A stretch of DNA of 64,000 nt from Candidatus Latescibacterota bacterium (lineage in GTDB: Bacteria; Latescibacterota; UBA2968; GCA-2709665): positions 896,001-960,000 of the forward strand of contig OZ250150.1 in assembly GCA_965237675.1 (NCBI GenBank), in the 5' to 3' direction. Under the pieces are notes generated by a model. It was not told the DNA's origin, searched no databases, and saw nothing but the letters and a program-made list of their open reading frames with translations. Below, one piece after another: positions 52,100 to 62,394 of the stretch (within the stretch, counting starts at the first letter, position 1; each line of letters opens with the position of its first letter). The translations under genes and the position numbers were made by a program.

Positions 52100-53162
52100 G
52101 CTCGTTCTTCTCCATCCACGTCAGTACGTGTTCGCCCTGCGACGGTTCCCGTCCTGGACCGGTCAGGAGGTCCGCGGCGAGTTGGCTGGGAGCCACGCAA
52201 CGAAGGCCGTCGCGGTCGACTGCCCTATCAAAGACCACTTGGTCGAGAGGCTCTATAATCACCACGTTGGCGCCGGCTTCTGTCTCCCGAAGATCCAGTT
52301 GCTGGATAAATTGGATCGAGTCATTAACGTAGACGGCCACCAGTGCTGCCGGGGCAATCGGATCGAATCGCTGGGCAGCGAACGCGCCAGTGGCGACGTA
52401 CGGAAGCTTCGTCGCGCGGAGCTTCTTCTCGAGAGCCGATATTCCCCGTGGCTCAAGAGCCATCGTAGACGTGTTCGAGTCCGTTTGGTCGTAATCCTCA
52501 GTCCATCGCCTTATCACGCCTTTCCAATCGACGGCGGATACCCCTCCCCGCACGCGGGTCACGATGGCTTCCCGTTCGAGCAAGTCCAAAACGCGCGACA
52601 AGGTCGGCGCCGACGCGCTGGTCGACTCGGCCAACTCTCGGACACCGTACGGGGGAATTGTGTCGATGATGGCCCTCACTGCTCGTGCAGCACCCCGGCC
52701 CCGCAGCGATTGGAGCTTGTGATCCCTCGGCCAGGGATCACGATTCACCCCGTCGGCAGAAATGAACAGCCCCGGCATGGACGCTTCAATTCGGACATTG
52801 CCCGTAGTGTCGATGTATCCGACACCTCGGTCACGAATGAGAGCACGGGCGCGGGGAGAAAGGTAGGAGGACGCAACTACAGGTACCGCCCGCGGCATCG
52901 CGTGGGCTTTGATGGTGGAGAGCTGCTCGATCGCGCGGAGGACGCCGCGTGGTTCCAGATTGCGCTTGATCTCAATGACAAGGACCACCGTAGCTCCTGC
53001 CGGTGACGCGATTTCTGCCAGCAGATCCACCTGGTAACGACCTGCCAGGGCCTCCATCCGGGCGCAAAGTGACCAGCCGCACGGCATTCGTTCAGCCAGA
53101 GCGCGCTCGACGTGGCGAGCGACCTGAATGTCGGTCGGTGGCTTTTTGTCTGGGAGAGGCAT
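52053..53162 (-). CDS. AbiEi-like (type IV TA antitoxin-type) transcriptional regulator
   Basis: YLSPRAR, GYIDTTGN, HTH GVRELAE...SRVL..LE, YVATG..AA, GANV, QLAADLL.GPGR. Confidence 0.7.
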   Translation of the reverse strand: MPLPDKKPPTDIQVARHVERALAERMPCGWSLCARMEALAGRYQVDLLAEIASPAGATVVLVIEIKRNLEPRGVLRAIEQLSTIKAHAMPRAVPVVASSYLSPRARALIRDRGVGYIDTTGNVRIEASMPGLFISADGVNRDPWPRDHKLQSLRGRGAARAVRAIIDTIPPYGVRELAESTSASAPTLSRVLDLLEREAIVTRVRGGVSAVDWKGVIRRWTEDYDQTDSNTSTMALEPRGISALEKKLRATKLPYVATGAFAAQRFDPIAPAALVAVYVNDSIQFIQQLDLRETEAGANVVIIEPLDQVVFDRAVDRDGLRCVAPSQLAADLLTGPGREPSQGEHVLTWMEKNEHVWRSARPTPASSRM

Positions 53163-53517
53163 GGATCTCCTATGCTGCTACGGGTATTTCATTAAATATA
53201 ATGTTTCGCGTTGTCTGAAACAAGTTATTTTATGAAACACAGACTTTACCTTGCACCGTATCTCTGGAGATTTCTCTCATTGCCGTTGAAAGGATTCCGG
53301 AGCGCTTTGGGGGTCAGCCGGATTGCGAAAGTTCCCAATCCTACGAACGGCTCACAGGGCAGGGTGCGAATCCTGGAAGACACAGGATCAGTCTTTGGCT
53401 ATATTAGGCCGGTAGTCAAGGGCCTGAGCGCTCGAACGTGTTCCGGTCGGGGACTTTCCCTATACGCTGACACTTCGGATGTTTACTTGAAGGTTAAGAT
53501 CAGAAAGGAGTAGACCC

Positions 53518-54255
53518 GTGTCAAGAATCGAACCCGCATCCCGACTGTCCCGCCTGAACGGCGCCAGGATCGGACTTCTGGACCCGGGAAAGCGAACCGC
53601 GGGAGCCGTTCTCAATGCGGTCGGTGAGCGACTCGCGGCAGAGTACGACGCGAACGTGGTCGGACCCTGGAAAAAGTCATCCCCGTACCGCGTCTGCACG
53701 AAGAAGCTTCTGGAGGAAATCGTCCCGCAGTGCGACGGGCTTGTTATGGGGGTTGTGGACTGATGCGGCGCCAGTTCGTGCAGTTTGCACGATATGCTGG
53801 AGTTCGAGTTGAGAGGCATACCGACCGCCTACATCACGGCCGCGGGACGGGTACCGATGATCGAACGCGATGGTGATGGGTTCAAGCTATCGCATGCAAC
53901 AGGAAACTATCTGGTTGAGGCGTGGGAGGACTCGGGACCGCAGCCGGACAACGTGCATCGCAGGCTGATTCACTTCGGAGTACACCGCAGGATGAGGATG
54001 AGCGACGTGAAGGAGGGGGATCAGGTCCGGTACCGCGGCAGGGACCTGCGATGGGAGTATCCTCGAAAGGAGCTGGAAGCCAGATTCAGGCCTTCCGGAG
54101 CCGGTGCCTGGTCGAGCAAGCTTGACGGCGTCGCAGACTACAGGAATATCGAACTGCGCGCGCACGCTGCACCCATGGGAGGCGATAAAGTGGATGAATG
54201 CGTGGAGGAGGCCGTCCCACAGGTGGTGTCGATTCTGACCGGCGGGAGGGCATGA
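53518..54255 (+). CDS. UGSC-like (thioredoxin-fold) selenoprotein, TGA 53761-53763 read as Sec, variant motif U-C-G-A
   Basis: ORFs 53518-53763 and 53785-54255 share a frame; CDGLVMGVVD-U-CGASSCSLHD..E.RGIPT matches the UGSC family pattern; SECIS-like hairpin follows. Confidence 0.8.
53771..53800 (+). promoter_or_regulatory. Putative bacterial SECIS element
   Basis: Perfect stem TCGTGCA/TGCACGA (53776-53792) with apical G 20 nt after TGA, plus outer CCAG/CTGG. Confidence 0.7.
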
Positions 54256-54286
54256 GTTCACGCGTCGAATCACTGTAGCAACATGA

Positions 54287-55075
54287 CTAACCCATCTCCG
54301 GCTGTACGATGCAGAAGTCGGCGCCTTGAGGATCCCGGGCGACCACCATTCGTCCGAATCCCGCAATGTCGTCCGGCTCAGCCATCAATCGACCTCCGTG
54401 CCCCTGCACGTGACCCGCTGATTCGTCATAATCCCGGACCTGAAAATACACGTACCACTCGGACGCGACCCCTTCTTCGATCATCCGGTCCGGCATCTGC
54501 ATGATCCCGCCCACACCCTCGTCTCCCACCAGCAAGGTCGTATACTGAACCGGCTGTTCTTCGCCCGCCGTCGCGGTTTCGATACCGAATACCTGCTCGA
54601 AAAACCGAACCGATGCTGCACGATCCGTACTCAGATGCTCACACCAGGAAAACGCGTCCACCTCCGACGTCACTCCGCATCCCGCGAACTCGCCGGGCTC
54701 CCACAGCGTCGTCACACAACCCGTCGGGTCCGCGATCACCGCCACCCGACCCGCGCGATCGACGTCTCTCGAGCCAGCCAGCACAGCCCCGCTATTCGCC
54801 GCCACCCGCGCGACCACGGCGTCGACATCATCCACCGAGACGTAGAGGTTCCACTTCGCGGCCCCGTCCGGACGAATCTGCCCGGGGCCGGATTCATAGA
54901 TCGCCGCCGCTGCCGACCCGTCCAGCATCGCCATCGAATAAACCCCGATGTCCATCTCCCCCATCTCCTCATCCACGTACTCCCAACCGAATAGGCCGGC
55001 GTAGAACGCTTGCGCCCCGGCCAGATCAGTCGTCGCCAGATCGACCCAACACGGTGTTCCGTGTGTGTAGTCTAA
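54287..55075 (-). CDS. VOC/glyoxalase family protein (two domains); native start apparently lost
   Basis: GTPCWVDL, AFYAGLFGW, GRVAVIADPTG, ARDPQGA. Confidence 0.8.
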   Translation of the reverse strand, partial: LDYTHGTPCWVDLATTDLAGAQAFYAGLFGWEYVDEEMGEMDIGVYSMAMLDGSAAAAIYESGPGQIRPDGAAKWNLYVSVDDVDAVVARVAANSGAVLAGSRDVDRAGRVAVIADPTGCVTTLWEPGEFAGCGVTSEVDAFSWCEHLSTDRAASVRFFEQVFGIETATAGEEQPVQYTTLLVGDEGVGGIMQMPDRMIEEGVASEWYVYFQVRDYDESAGHVQGHGGRLMAEPDDIAGFGRMVVARDPQGADFCIVQPEMG

Positions 55076-55274
55076 AGTAATAAGTGTTTCCGCTTTCGCA
55101 ACCGTGGGCATCCAGCGGAGGTTCACCATCCAGTAACATCTGACAAAAAGGTGTTTCATTCAGATGCGAAAGGGTGGAATATTCCTCCGCCACGCTATTA
55201 ACGACCCATGGACGATCTATACTTCCATCGCCCGTAGCCAAGATTGCCAATATACCTTCTGGATCGGCTGACAT
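55076..55274 (-). pseudogene. Fragment resembling the DUF4919 C-terminus
   Basis: AILATGDG...PWVV.SVAEEY..L, YYF; abuts the VOC gene. Confidence 0.45.
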
Positions 55275-56285
55275 GCTTTGTCTCCGAACACACGGATCTG
55301 ATTGCAGGGATCATTGAGTGGAAATGAGTATCAGTAGCCCCGCCCTTATGTTTTGGACCTTGAATTTAGTCGATGCTAATTTTCGTTTCCCCATATTCGC
55401 TTGTGCAGGAATTGATCCAGAGCATCCGCGCCGCCCTGCTTGTCCACGCCGGCAGCGAGTTTGAGGTTTCTGTGAACCGTCTGTTTCGTGACGTTTCTTT
55501 TTTCAGCCAGCGCATTTTCGGCCTCATTTCTGACCTCTGTGACGCCCGGAAGCGAGGAACAACGGTCTTCTTTGTCTTTCATGTATCGTTTCACGTACGA
55601 CAAATCGCATATTGCTTGTCGTTTCATCTGCGCCCCCTTATACCTATGTTCTATCTTGGAATCTGAGTTGCGCCTGTTTGAGTCCGCGACCAACGGCACA
55701 GGGAGGATCAGAGCGCTTGCCCACGGGTTTCTCGTCCACTGTGAGCAACTGTAGGCGAGGATATATGACCTACCCGATCTGCACGTCGCCTGCCTGCACC
55801 ATTTCCCGCTTCAGCTTGTGTTGTTTTCCACTGCTGTCCAAGAACCGTGGGATTCTCAGAGATGAGGATAGAAAAGTGGCTTCAATTGGCGACTTTGTAC
55901 GGGTTTGACCCGGATGACAAGAACCAGGTTGCCGTCGTCTGCGAAATGCTGTCCAAGAACAAAGTGAGTTTCCTGGCAGCCAAAATTGTGTTGTTCCCGT
56001 CTCATTAAGCGCGTGAAATAGGCAGTTTGTGAAACTCAGGCGACGTTGGTCGAGGCGCTGCTTCGCGGAAGCAAACCAGATGCTGTCGAGTACAGAAACC
56101 GATTTTGAACAGGTGTGATCCGTCTTATACAATACGCCCGTTTTTTTGCGTTTTTTGCCGAATTTTCGGTACTTATTTGGGTTGTGGGAGAGGTGGGACA
56201 TCCTATGGGGTAATGAGGCCCGGGCATCGAATTGTCCCGTCGGGAAGATTACAAGATACCCTGGGACCTCTGCCTTTCGTTCAGA

Positions 56286-56546
56286 TCATGGACCAATCTC
56301 ATCTTTTTCGGGAAAGTCCATGAGTTCACGAAAAAAAGCTTCTGCTACTTCGGTATTTACAGGATGGTCCGGACTTTCTCCTTCAAGATCTTGAATGAGA
56401 AGAAGGACATCGCACCATGCTTTCTGCTTTTCTCTATCAGGTATTTCTTGCCCCAATGTCTCGACTATGGTCTGCATCGAGCGAGCCATGACATACAGGG
56501 CGGCTTTGGGAGGAAAGTCTGGTTTATCAAAATGGGTAGTATGCAT
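56286..56546 (-). CDS. Small hypothetical protein
   Basis: 86-aa ORF with AGGAGA RBS. Confidence 0.45.
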   Translation of the reverse strand: MHTTHFDKPDFPPKAALYVMARSMQTIVETLGQEIPDREKQKAWCDVLLLIQDLEGESPDHPVNTEVAEAFFRELMDFPEKDEIGP

Positions 56547-56816
56547 GGAATATCTCCTATTTGCCGAAGGTTGTTATGGGTCTATTTTATCAAAGACGTT
56601 ATGGATTTTTCGAATGTCGTGGTGGAATTCGAGTAGGAATCGAGGGACGTTTTACAGGTCGTCGTAAGGATATTTTCTCATTTTGTCTTGATTTTTCAAA
56701 TTGGGATCCGTCGGCGGAATGTTTCAAACATTATAGAAGATTCTGCGGTTGTTGACGGCCAGTCCTAGAGACGGCGATGATGATCGTTCTTTAAGTTATG
56801 AGCTGTAGTCTAATTT

Positions 56817-57090
56817 CCCCCGAATTATTCATAAAAAAGGTAGTTTCCATACCTAAATCATTGTATTATATTATGGTTACACACAAGAAACCATAACACA
56901 ATGAAACAGGAGGAAACTACCGTGGAGGTTCAAGATAATCAACGCACGCTCTCTTTCGCAAGTGTTTCGGGCAAGCAGGTGGAAGCCGTCTTCGATGGCG
57001 GTGTGCTCACCAGCGATATGGGGTTGATGTTGCTTCGGGAGGTGGCGTCGAAAACCAGCATCCTGTCTCGTATCGTGGCAGCCTGTAGGG
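56817..57090 (+). mobile_element. IS1380-family 5' remnant
   Basis: End-like CCCGAATTATTCAT; FDGGVLTSDMGLMLLRE. Confidence 0.75.
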
Positions 57091-57655
57091 TACAGTACGG
57101 CAAAGGCGGATTAATGTCAAGAATGAAGCCGTGGATGTACCGCTGGGTTTGTTTATCATAGATTAAGAAACTATAGGGCATCACTCATCCGAAACCAGCA
57201 TATAAAATCCCGGAAGACCTCCCCAACCTTCACTATCAATATAAAGCTAAATATCCTCTTCGAGACACAAAGCAAGGTGCACCCTCCCACGAATTGTCAA
57301 TACATCCATTTCGGTAAATGGAGAATGCACTGTGGTAAGGTTGTTTTGCCTATTTCAAAAAGAATGAGGGTATAAACAAACAGGTCATATTTCAGTGTAA
57401 ATCATCCCCGGGATCGAGTCAATAAAGAACACCTTGATTCTGAAGACAAAGGAGTTATTCTAGCGAGCATCCAGGGGTTTGTCTCCCGGATGTCCGGAGC
57501 TCTAAAATGCGTGGATATATGTTCCATACCTTTGAATTGTAAAAGCAATTCGGTATCAGCCTTATTGCAGTGGTGGAGTTGACGATTACATTCTGGTATA
57601 GCGTCTTTCGATACAAAAAAGGGGGCCATGCGTTGACTTTAGGCAAGGAGGAAAA

Positions 57656-58111
57656 ATGCGGATCTCCGTTTGTCGTATAGCCGTAATATTCCTGGTGCTC
57701 GGGTGCGAGGGGCGCGCTGTTGTTAAAGAATACAATCGGGGGTTGGATGTCTCATTCCGAGAAAATGACTGTGGGCCTTATACTCAGATGGCGGGGCTGC
57801 GGTGTACCGGAGTCAAGTGGAGGTTTATATCCCACAGGAAGGTAAAACTCCCGCGCAAGCCTCCCATATCTGTTTCAGGTGTGGCGGTTGTATTTTGGGA
57901 AAACGAGACAGATAAAGAAATATCTGCGAAATGTGCCTTGTTGTGTAAAGATGAGCACGGATTAATCATTACCGGAGATGTGAAGACCGTTTCCATCCTG
58001 CCTGGGGTGGACAACGATTCGGTGTTTTTCGACCTTGAGATAGACGATATCGGTGCTGCAAATTTGGTCACAGCCATACATATTAAATGTGTGCCTCCGA
58101 GTACGAAATGA
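57656..58111 (+). CDS. Hypothetical lipoprotein
   Basis: AGGAGG RBS; signal ending VLGC. Confidence 0.55.
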   Translation: MRISVCRIAVIFLVLGCEGRAVVKEYNRGLDVSFRENDCGPYTQMAGLRCTGVKWRFISHRKVKLPRKPPISVSGVAVVFWENETDKEISAKCALLCKDEHGLIITGDVKTVSILPGVDNDSVFFDLEIDDIGAANLVTAIHIKCVPPSTK

Positions 58112-58162
58112 TCGAAAACCTGTATGCTTAACTTGACACGATGCATATATGAAATTAAGATG

Positions 58163-58225
58163 CCTGGTCGCCTGATGGCGGAAAAATTGCCTTCCTCTCC
58201 AACCCCGAGACGACTCTTGATATTT
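58163..58225 (+). repeat. Duplicated 3' piece of the TolB-like gene
   Basis: CCTGGTCGCCTGATGGC...CTCTCCAACCCCGAGA...TTGATATTTA matches 60913-60976. Confidence 0.8.
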
Positions 58226-59457
58226 AGGAATCTCTGATTAAGTTGCTTATTGATTATGTGGGTATGAAGTCGTATATACAAGGATAAGGATGGCCGCGTG
58301 TTGGGATTTGAGATGGAACAACATAGAACGAGGTGCCCAGCGATGAAACAAATGAGTTTTTCGGATTTGTCGTATAGAACGAAGAAGAAGCAGACGCGCA
58401 GAGAACGATTTCTGGAAGAGATGGATGCGGTGTTGCCGTGGGAGATTCTGCTTAAACCCATTAAGAGGAAGTATCCGAAACCTGGAAACGGTCGTCGTCC
58501 GATAGGCGCGGAGGTGATGCTGAGGATCTACTTCATGCAGCAATGGTATGGGTTGAGCGATCCGGGTATGGAGGACAGTCTTTATGACGTGGAATCGATG
58601 CGCCGTTTCGCCGGTGTGGAGATCAACGGGGTGCCTGACGAGACGACGATCTGCAAGTTCCGGCACTTTCTGGAGGGGCATGGTCTGACCGAAGCATTGT
58701 TTAAGCAGGCGAAGCGGTATCTGTCGGGGCGGGGCATGATCGTCAGTGAAGGCACGATTGTGGACGCCACGATCATTCATGCGCCATCGTCGACGAAGAA
58801 CCGGGAACGCAAGCGGGACCCCGAGATGAAAAGCACGAAGAAGGGCAACACCTGGTATTTCGGCATGAAGGCCCACGTCGGCGCCGATGTGAAAGGGCGG
58901 GTGCACAGTGTGGTCACCACCGCCGCTTCGGTGCATGACTCCCAGGTGATGGACGCGTGCCTGCATGGAAAGGAGCGGACGATCTATGGCGACAAGGCCT
59001 ATGCGGACCAGACGCGAAAGGAACAGGCCGAATCCAATGACATCGAATGGCGTGTGCTTCGCAAGGCCCGCCGTGGCAAGCGTCTCAACTGCGCGGACCT
59101 GTCGTTCAACAAGAAGAGCAATCGCACACGCGCACGGGTCGAACATCCCTTTGGCGTCATCAAGCACCTGTGGGGCTATCGCAAGGTCAGATACCGGGGC
59201 CTTGCCAAGAACACGGCCCACCTCTTCACTCTGTTCGCCCTGGCCAATTTCTATCTCGTCCGACGGGAACTGGCCACCGCTTAGGGACAAATCCGTCCGG
59301 ATCGGGCGGACGGGGGCACAAACCCCGGGACGGGGCGCATCCCACCCTCGAATAGCCCCCACAACCATCCAAAACCACGTCCTTTTCAACATAAACGTCC
59401 TCTCAACACGATCATATCACACCACGACTTCGTATAACCGGGTTGATCAGACCTTCC
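58226..59457 (+). mobile_element. IS5-family element
   Basis: TIRs GGAATCTCTGATTAA / TTGATCAGACCTTCC; flanks TTTA and TTCG do not match. Confidence 0.92.
58343..59284 (+). CDS. IS5 transposase
   Basis: KQTRRERFL, PDETTI..FR, VDATII, YFGMKAH, GDKAY, RARVEHPF. Confidence 0.95.
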   Translation: MKQMSFSDLSYRTKKKQTRRERFLEEMDAVLPWEILLKPIKRKYPKPGNGRRPIGAEVMLRIYFMQQWYGLSDPGMEDSLYDVESMRRFAGVEINGVPDETTICKFRHFLEGHGLTEALFKQAKRYLSGRGMIVSEGTIVDATIIHAPSSTKNRERKRDPEMKSTKKGNTWYFGMKAHVGADVKGRVHSVVTTAASVHDSQVMDACLHGKERTIYGDKAYADQTRKEQAESNDIEWRVLRKARRGKRLNCADLSFNKKSNRTRARVEHPFGVIKHLWGYRKVRYRGLAKNTAHLFTLFALANFYLVRRELATA

Positions 59458-59739
59458 TTCGGAGTACACCGCAGGATGAGGATGAGCGACGTGAAGGAGG
59501 GGGATCAGGTCCGGTACCGCGGCAGGGACCTGCGATGGGAGTATCCACGAAAGGAGCTGGAAGCCAGGTTCAGGCCTTCCGGAGCCGGCGCCTGGTCGAG
59601 CACCCTTGACGGTGTCGCAGGCTACAGGAATATCGAACTGCGCGCGCACGCTGCACCCATGGAAGGCGATAAAGCGGATGAATGCGTGGAGGAGGCCGTC
59701 CCGCAGGTGGTGTCGATTCTGACGCGAGGGAGGGCGTGA
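59458..59739 (+). pseudogene. Second, 5'-truncated copy of the UGSC-like gene
   Basis: Near-identical to 53974-54255; starts exactly at the IS5 right end. Confidence 0.9.
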
Positions 59740-59786
59740 GTTTACGGTACGCGCTCAGATGCACCGAGGGTACCAAGGAGGCAATT

Positions 59787-61001
59787 ATGTTTTTCAGATC
59801 AGTTGCCATATTGGCGGTCCTGGTTCTCACAGCCCAGGCTTCCGGTTGTCCCGGTGACTTCGACAACAACAGGCGGGTTGACTTCGCTGATTTTATCGCC
59901 CTGGCCGTTGCATTTGGGGCTCAGCAGGGTGACGCAGGTTATAATGCCGCAGTGGATCTGGACACTGATGGCTCAATTGATATGGCCGACTTTCTGGCCT
60001 TCGCGAAGTTGTTTGGTAATCCTTGTTTTGCCGAACTCACCCGTTTGACGAATAGCGAGACCATCGAATTACATCCCACGTGGTCACCGCCAGACGGCCG
60101 CAAGATTGCTTATCTCTCTGGTTTTGAAGATCCGGAATTGTGGGTGATGAATGCGGATGGTGGTGATTCAATAAGATTAGCCACTTCTATTGCAGTGGAT
60201 ACCGAATTATACACGACGCTAGCCTGGTCACCGGACGGTGAGCACATCGCTTTTTCCTCTGCTCGGGATGGGAATTCAGAGATTTATAAGGTAGGTGCAA
60301 ATGGTGAAGGTCTCACTCGTCTTACAAATAATGACGCAGAAGATATATACCCTTCTTGGTCACCTGACGGCACCAAGATCACCTTTTCTTCCAACCAGGA
60401 CGGGAACTTTGAAATTTATGTGGCGGGTCCGGAAGGCGCAGATCTCACACGGCTAACGAATAGTACTGTCCACGATTGGCTTCCGGTCTGGTCACCCGAC
60501 AGTAAGAAGATTGCCTTTATGTCTATAGGTGTTGATTCCAATGATAATAGGTTCGCTGTAATTTCTGTGGTGGATGTTGAGTCGGCAACGGTTACGCAAC
60601 TCACCGCAGATACCGAAGGTAGTATTTTGCCTACGTGGTCGCCTGACGGAACAAGAATTACCTTCTGGTCAAGGCGCGACAATGCCCGCACAAACTATGG
60701 CGATATGTATGTGATGAATGCTGACGGTAGCGAGGTTACTCGCCTGACCTTTCAGGATATCTGGGATGATTTGTGGGTAGGTGCTGCATGGTCACCGGAC
60801 GGCACCAGAGTCGTTTACTCAGCTGAGGGAGACGGCCCACTTTTTGTAATGAACGCTGACGGAGCGAATATCAAACGCTTAACGAATAGCGAGACTGCGG
60901 AGTATTATCCGGCCTGGTCGCCTGATGGCAAGAAAATCGCCTTTCTCTCCAACCCCGAGAGGACTTTTGATATTTATGTTGTAGAGGTTCCGTCAGAGTA
61001 A
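59787..61001 (+). CDS. Secreted protein with dockerin/EF-hand-like domain and TolB-like (PD40) repeats
   Basis: Signal peptide; GDFDNNRRVDFADF and DLDTDGSIDMADF; multiple WSPDG repeats. Confidence 0.88.
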   Translation: MFFRSVAILAVLVLTAQASGCPGDFDNNRRVDFADFIALAVAFGAQQGDAGYNAAVDLDTDGSIDMADFLAFAKLFGNPCFAELTRLTNSETIELHPTWSPPDGRKIAYLSGFEDPELWVMNADGGDSIRLATSIAVDTELYTTLAWSPDGEHIAFSSARDGNSEIYKVGANGEGLTRLTNNDAEDIYPSWSPDGTKITFSSNQDGNFEIYVAGPEGADLTRLTNSTVHDWLPVWSPDSKKIAFMSIGVDSNDNRFAVISVVDVESATVTQLTADTEGSILPTWSPDGTRITFWSRRDNARTNYGDMYVMNADGSEVTRLTFQDIWDDLWVGAAWSPDGTRVVYSAEGDGPLFVMNADGANIKRLTNSETAEYYPAWSPDGKKIAFLSNPERTFDIYVVEVPSE

Positions 61002-61059
61002 CTCACATAACGAATCATATCAAATGACTTACGCGGGATTCTATAGACTTCGTGCGGGG

Positions 61060-61400
61060 GAATGTGCCTATCATAGTTGAAATAGAAGAGGCTCCGATGT
61101 AAATTGGATACGGTAGTCCCGCGAAGAATTACTGTATCCTCATACGAAAGGAGCCTGTCATGAGCAAGGTATCATCGAAGTCCCATAAATTCAAGTTGAA
61201 CACGGATGGCTGTGTATTGTCCGGTCCTGTCAGAAGCGCTGGAGGATGTTGACGCCCGTGTGTATTGATCCTGTCGCTGATCCCGCTTGGTCTGAACGCT
61301 GTGGCAGAAATCTTGCATAATGAGGTCGTTGAGACCCAGGCTCTGCCCGCAGGGCATCACTCGACAAGTATCGCTCTGGAACGTGCCTGGGGACGTGCCA
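61060..61400 (+). mobile_element. Degenerate IS256-family 5' remnant
   Basis: GCGCTGGAGGATGTTGACGCCCG...CTGATCCCGCTTGGT resembles the reverse complement of 30000-30060. Confidence 0.55.
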
Positions 61401-61457
61401 GCGAGTCCGTCGAACATCCCGCGGACCCACGAAGTCTAAAGTGAACTGGTTGAGCCG

Positions 61458-62297
61458 ATGTCGCGCGATTGGAGCCGACAGGAGGTCGAAGCCACTGTCC
61501 GAGACTATTTCGACATGCTGGCTTCGGAACTTCGTGGTGAACCGTTCAACAAAGCCGCCCACAACAAGGCGCTCCGGGCTCGGTTGGATGACCGCACGCG
61601 CGGCGCAGTAGAGCGCAAACACCAGAACATCAGCGCAGTCCTGATCGAATTGGGGTTCCCCTACATCAACGGATACAAACCGCTCGTCAACATCCAGAGC
61701 ATGCTGAGGGATGTGGTGCACGAGCACCTATCGTCGCTCGAGAATTTGGTAAAAGCCGATGTCGAGGCACGCCAGATTCAAGTCGCCGTCGACGATCTCC
61801 TCGGTATCGGAGTCGATCCGCCTGTGCCTGCTTCTAGTTCAGTAGGTGAGGGACCCATTGACTACGTCGTTTCCGGTCAACCTGCACCAACGATCAACTA
61901 CCTCCAGATGGAGGCGCTCAATCGATCTCTGGGGTGTGCCGGAGAAGCGCTGGTCATGGAGTTTGAGCGCGCCCGGCTACTGGGCGAAGGCAAGGACCGC
62001 CTCGCCAGAAACGTCGAGCAGGTTTCCAAAACTGTGGGCGACCATGCCGGTTTTGATATTCGTTCGTACGAAGTCAGCGGGCGGGATCGATTCATTGAGG
62101 TAAAGACGACACGTTACGGTAAGCTCACGCCATTCTACATCAGCGCCGGCGAGGTCCGATTTTCCGAGGCGAACGTACACGCCTATCATCTCTACCGGCT
62201 GTTCGAGTTTCGGAAGAGACCCAGGCTCTTCCAGTTACCAGGGGATGTCGGACGTCACGTGCAGCTGCAGGCCGTCAGCTACCGCGCACGCTTCTGA
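61458..62297 (+). CDS. DUF3883 (NOV C-terminal, PD-(D/E)xK-like) domain protein
   Basis: DWSRQEVEATV.DY, KHQNISAVL, LG.AGE, GFDIRS, FIEVKTT, FYIS..E. Confidence 0.88.
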   Translation: MSRDWSRQEVEATVRDYFDMLASELRGEPFNKAAHNKALRARLDDRTRGAVERKHQNISAVLIELGFPYINGYKPLVNIQSMLRDVVHEHLSSLENLVKADVEARQIQVAVDDLLGIGVDPPVPASSSVGEGPIDYVVSGQPAPTINYLQMEALNRSLGCAGEALVMEFERARLLGEGKDRLARNVEQVSKTVGDHAGFDIRSYEVSGRDRFIEVKTTRYGKLTPFYISAGEVRFSEANVHAYHLYRLFEFRKRPRLFQLPGDVGRHVQLQAVSYRARF

Positions 62298-62394
62298 GAG
62301 CCGCGTCTGTATGGAGGGCGAAAGGCTCAGAAACCTTTCTCCTTACTCGCGTCGACCCGCATCGTGGCCGACGACCGTCCCGCCTCTAGCGCTT

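Noticed and set aside
55376-56230. Short ORFs in the 55.4-56.2 kb interval
   Set aside because: No recognisable motifs and conflicting overlapping frames; probably decayed sequence.
59787-61001. Genuine tolB of a Tol-Pal operon
   Set aside because: No TolB N-terminal domain and no tolQRA/pal neighbours; it has a dockerin-like domain instead.
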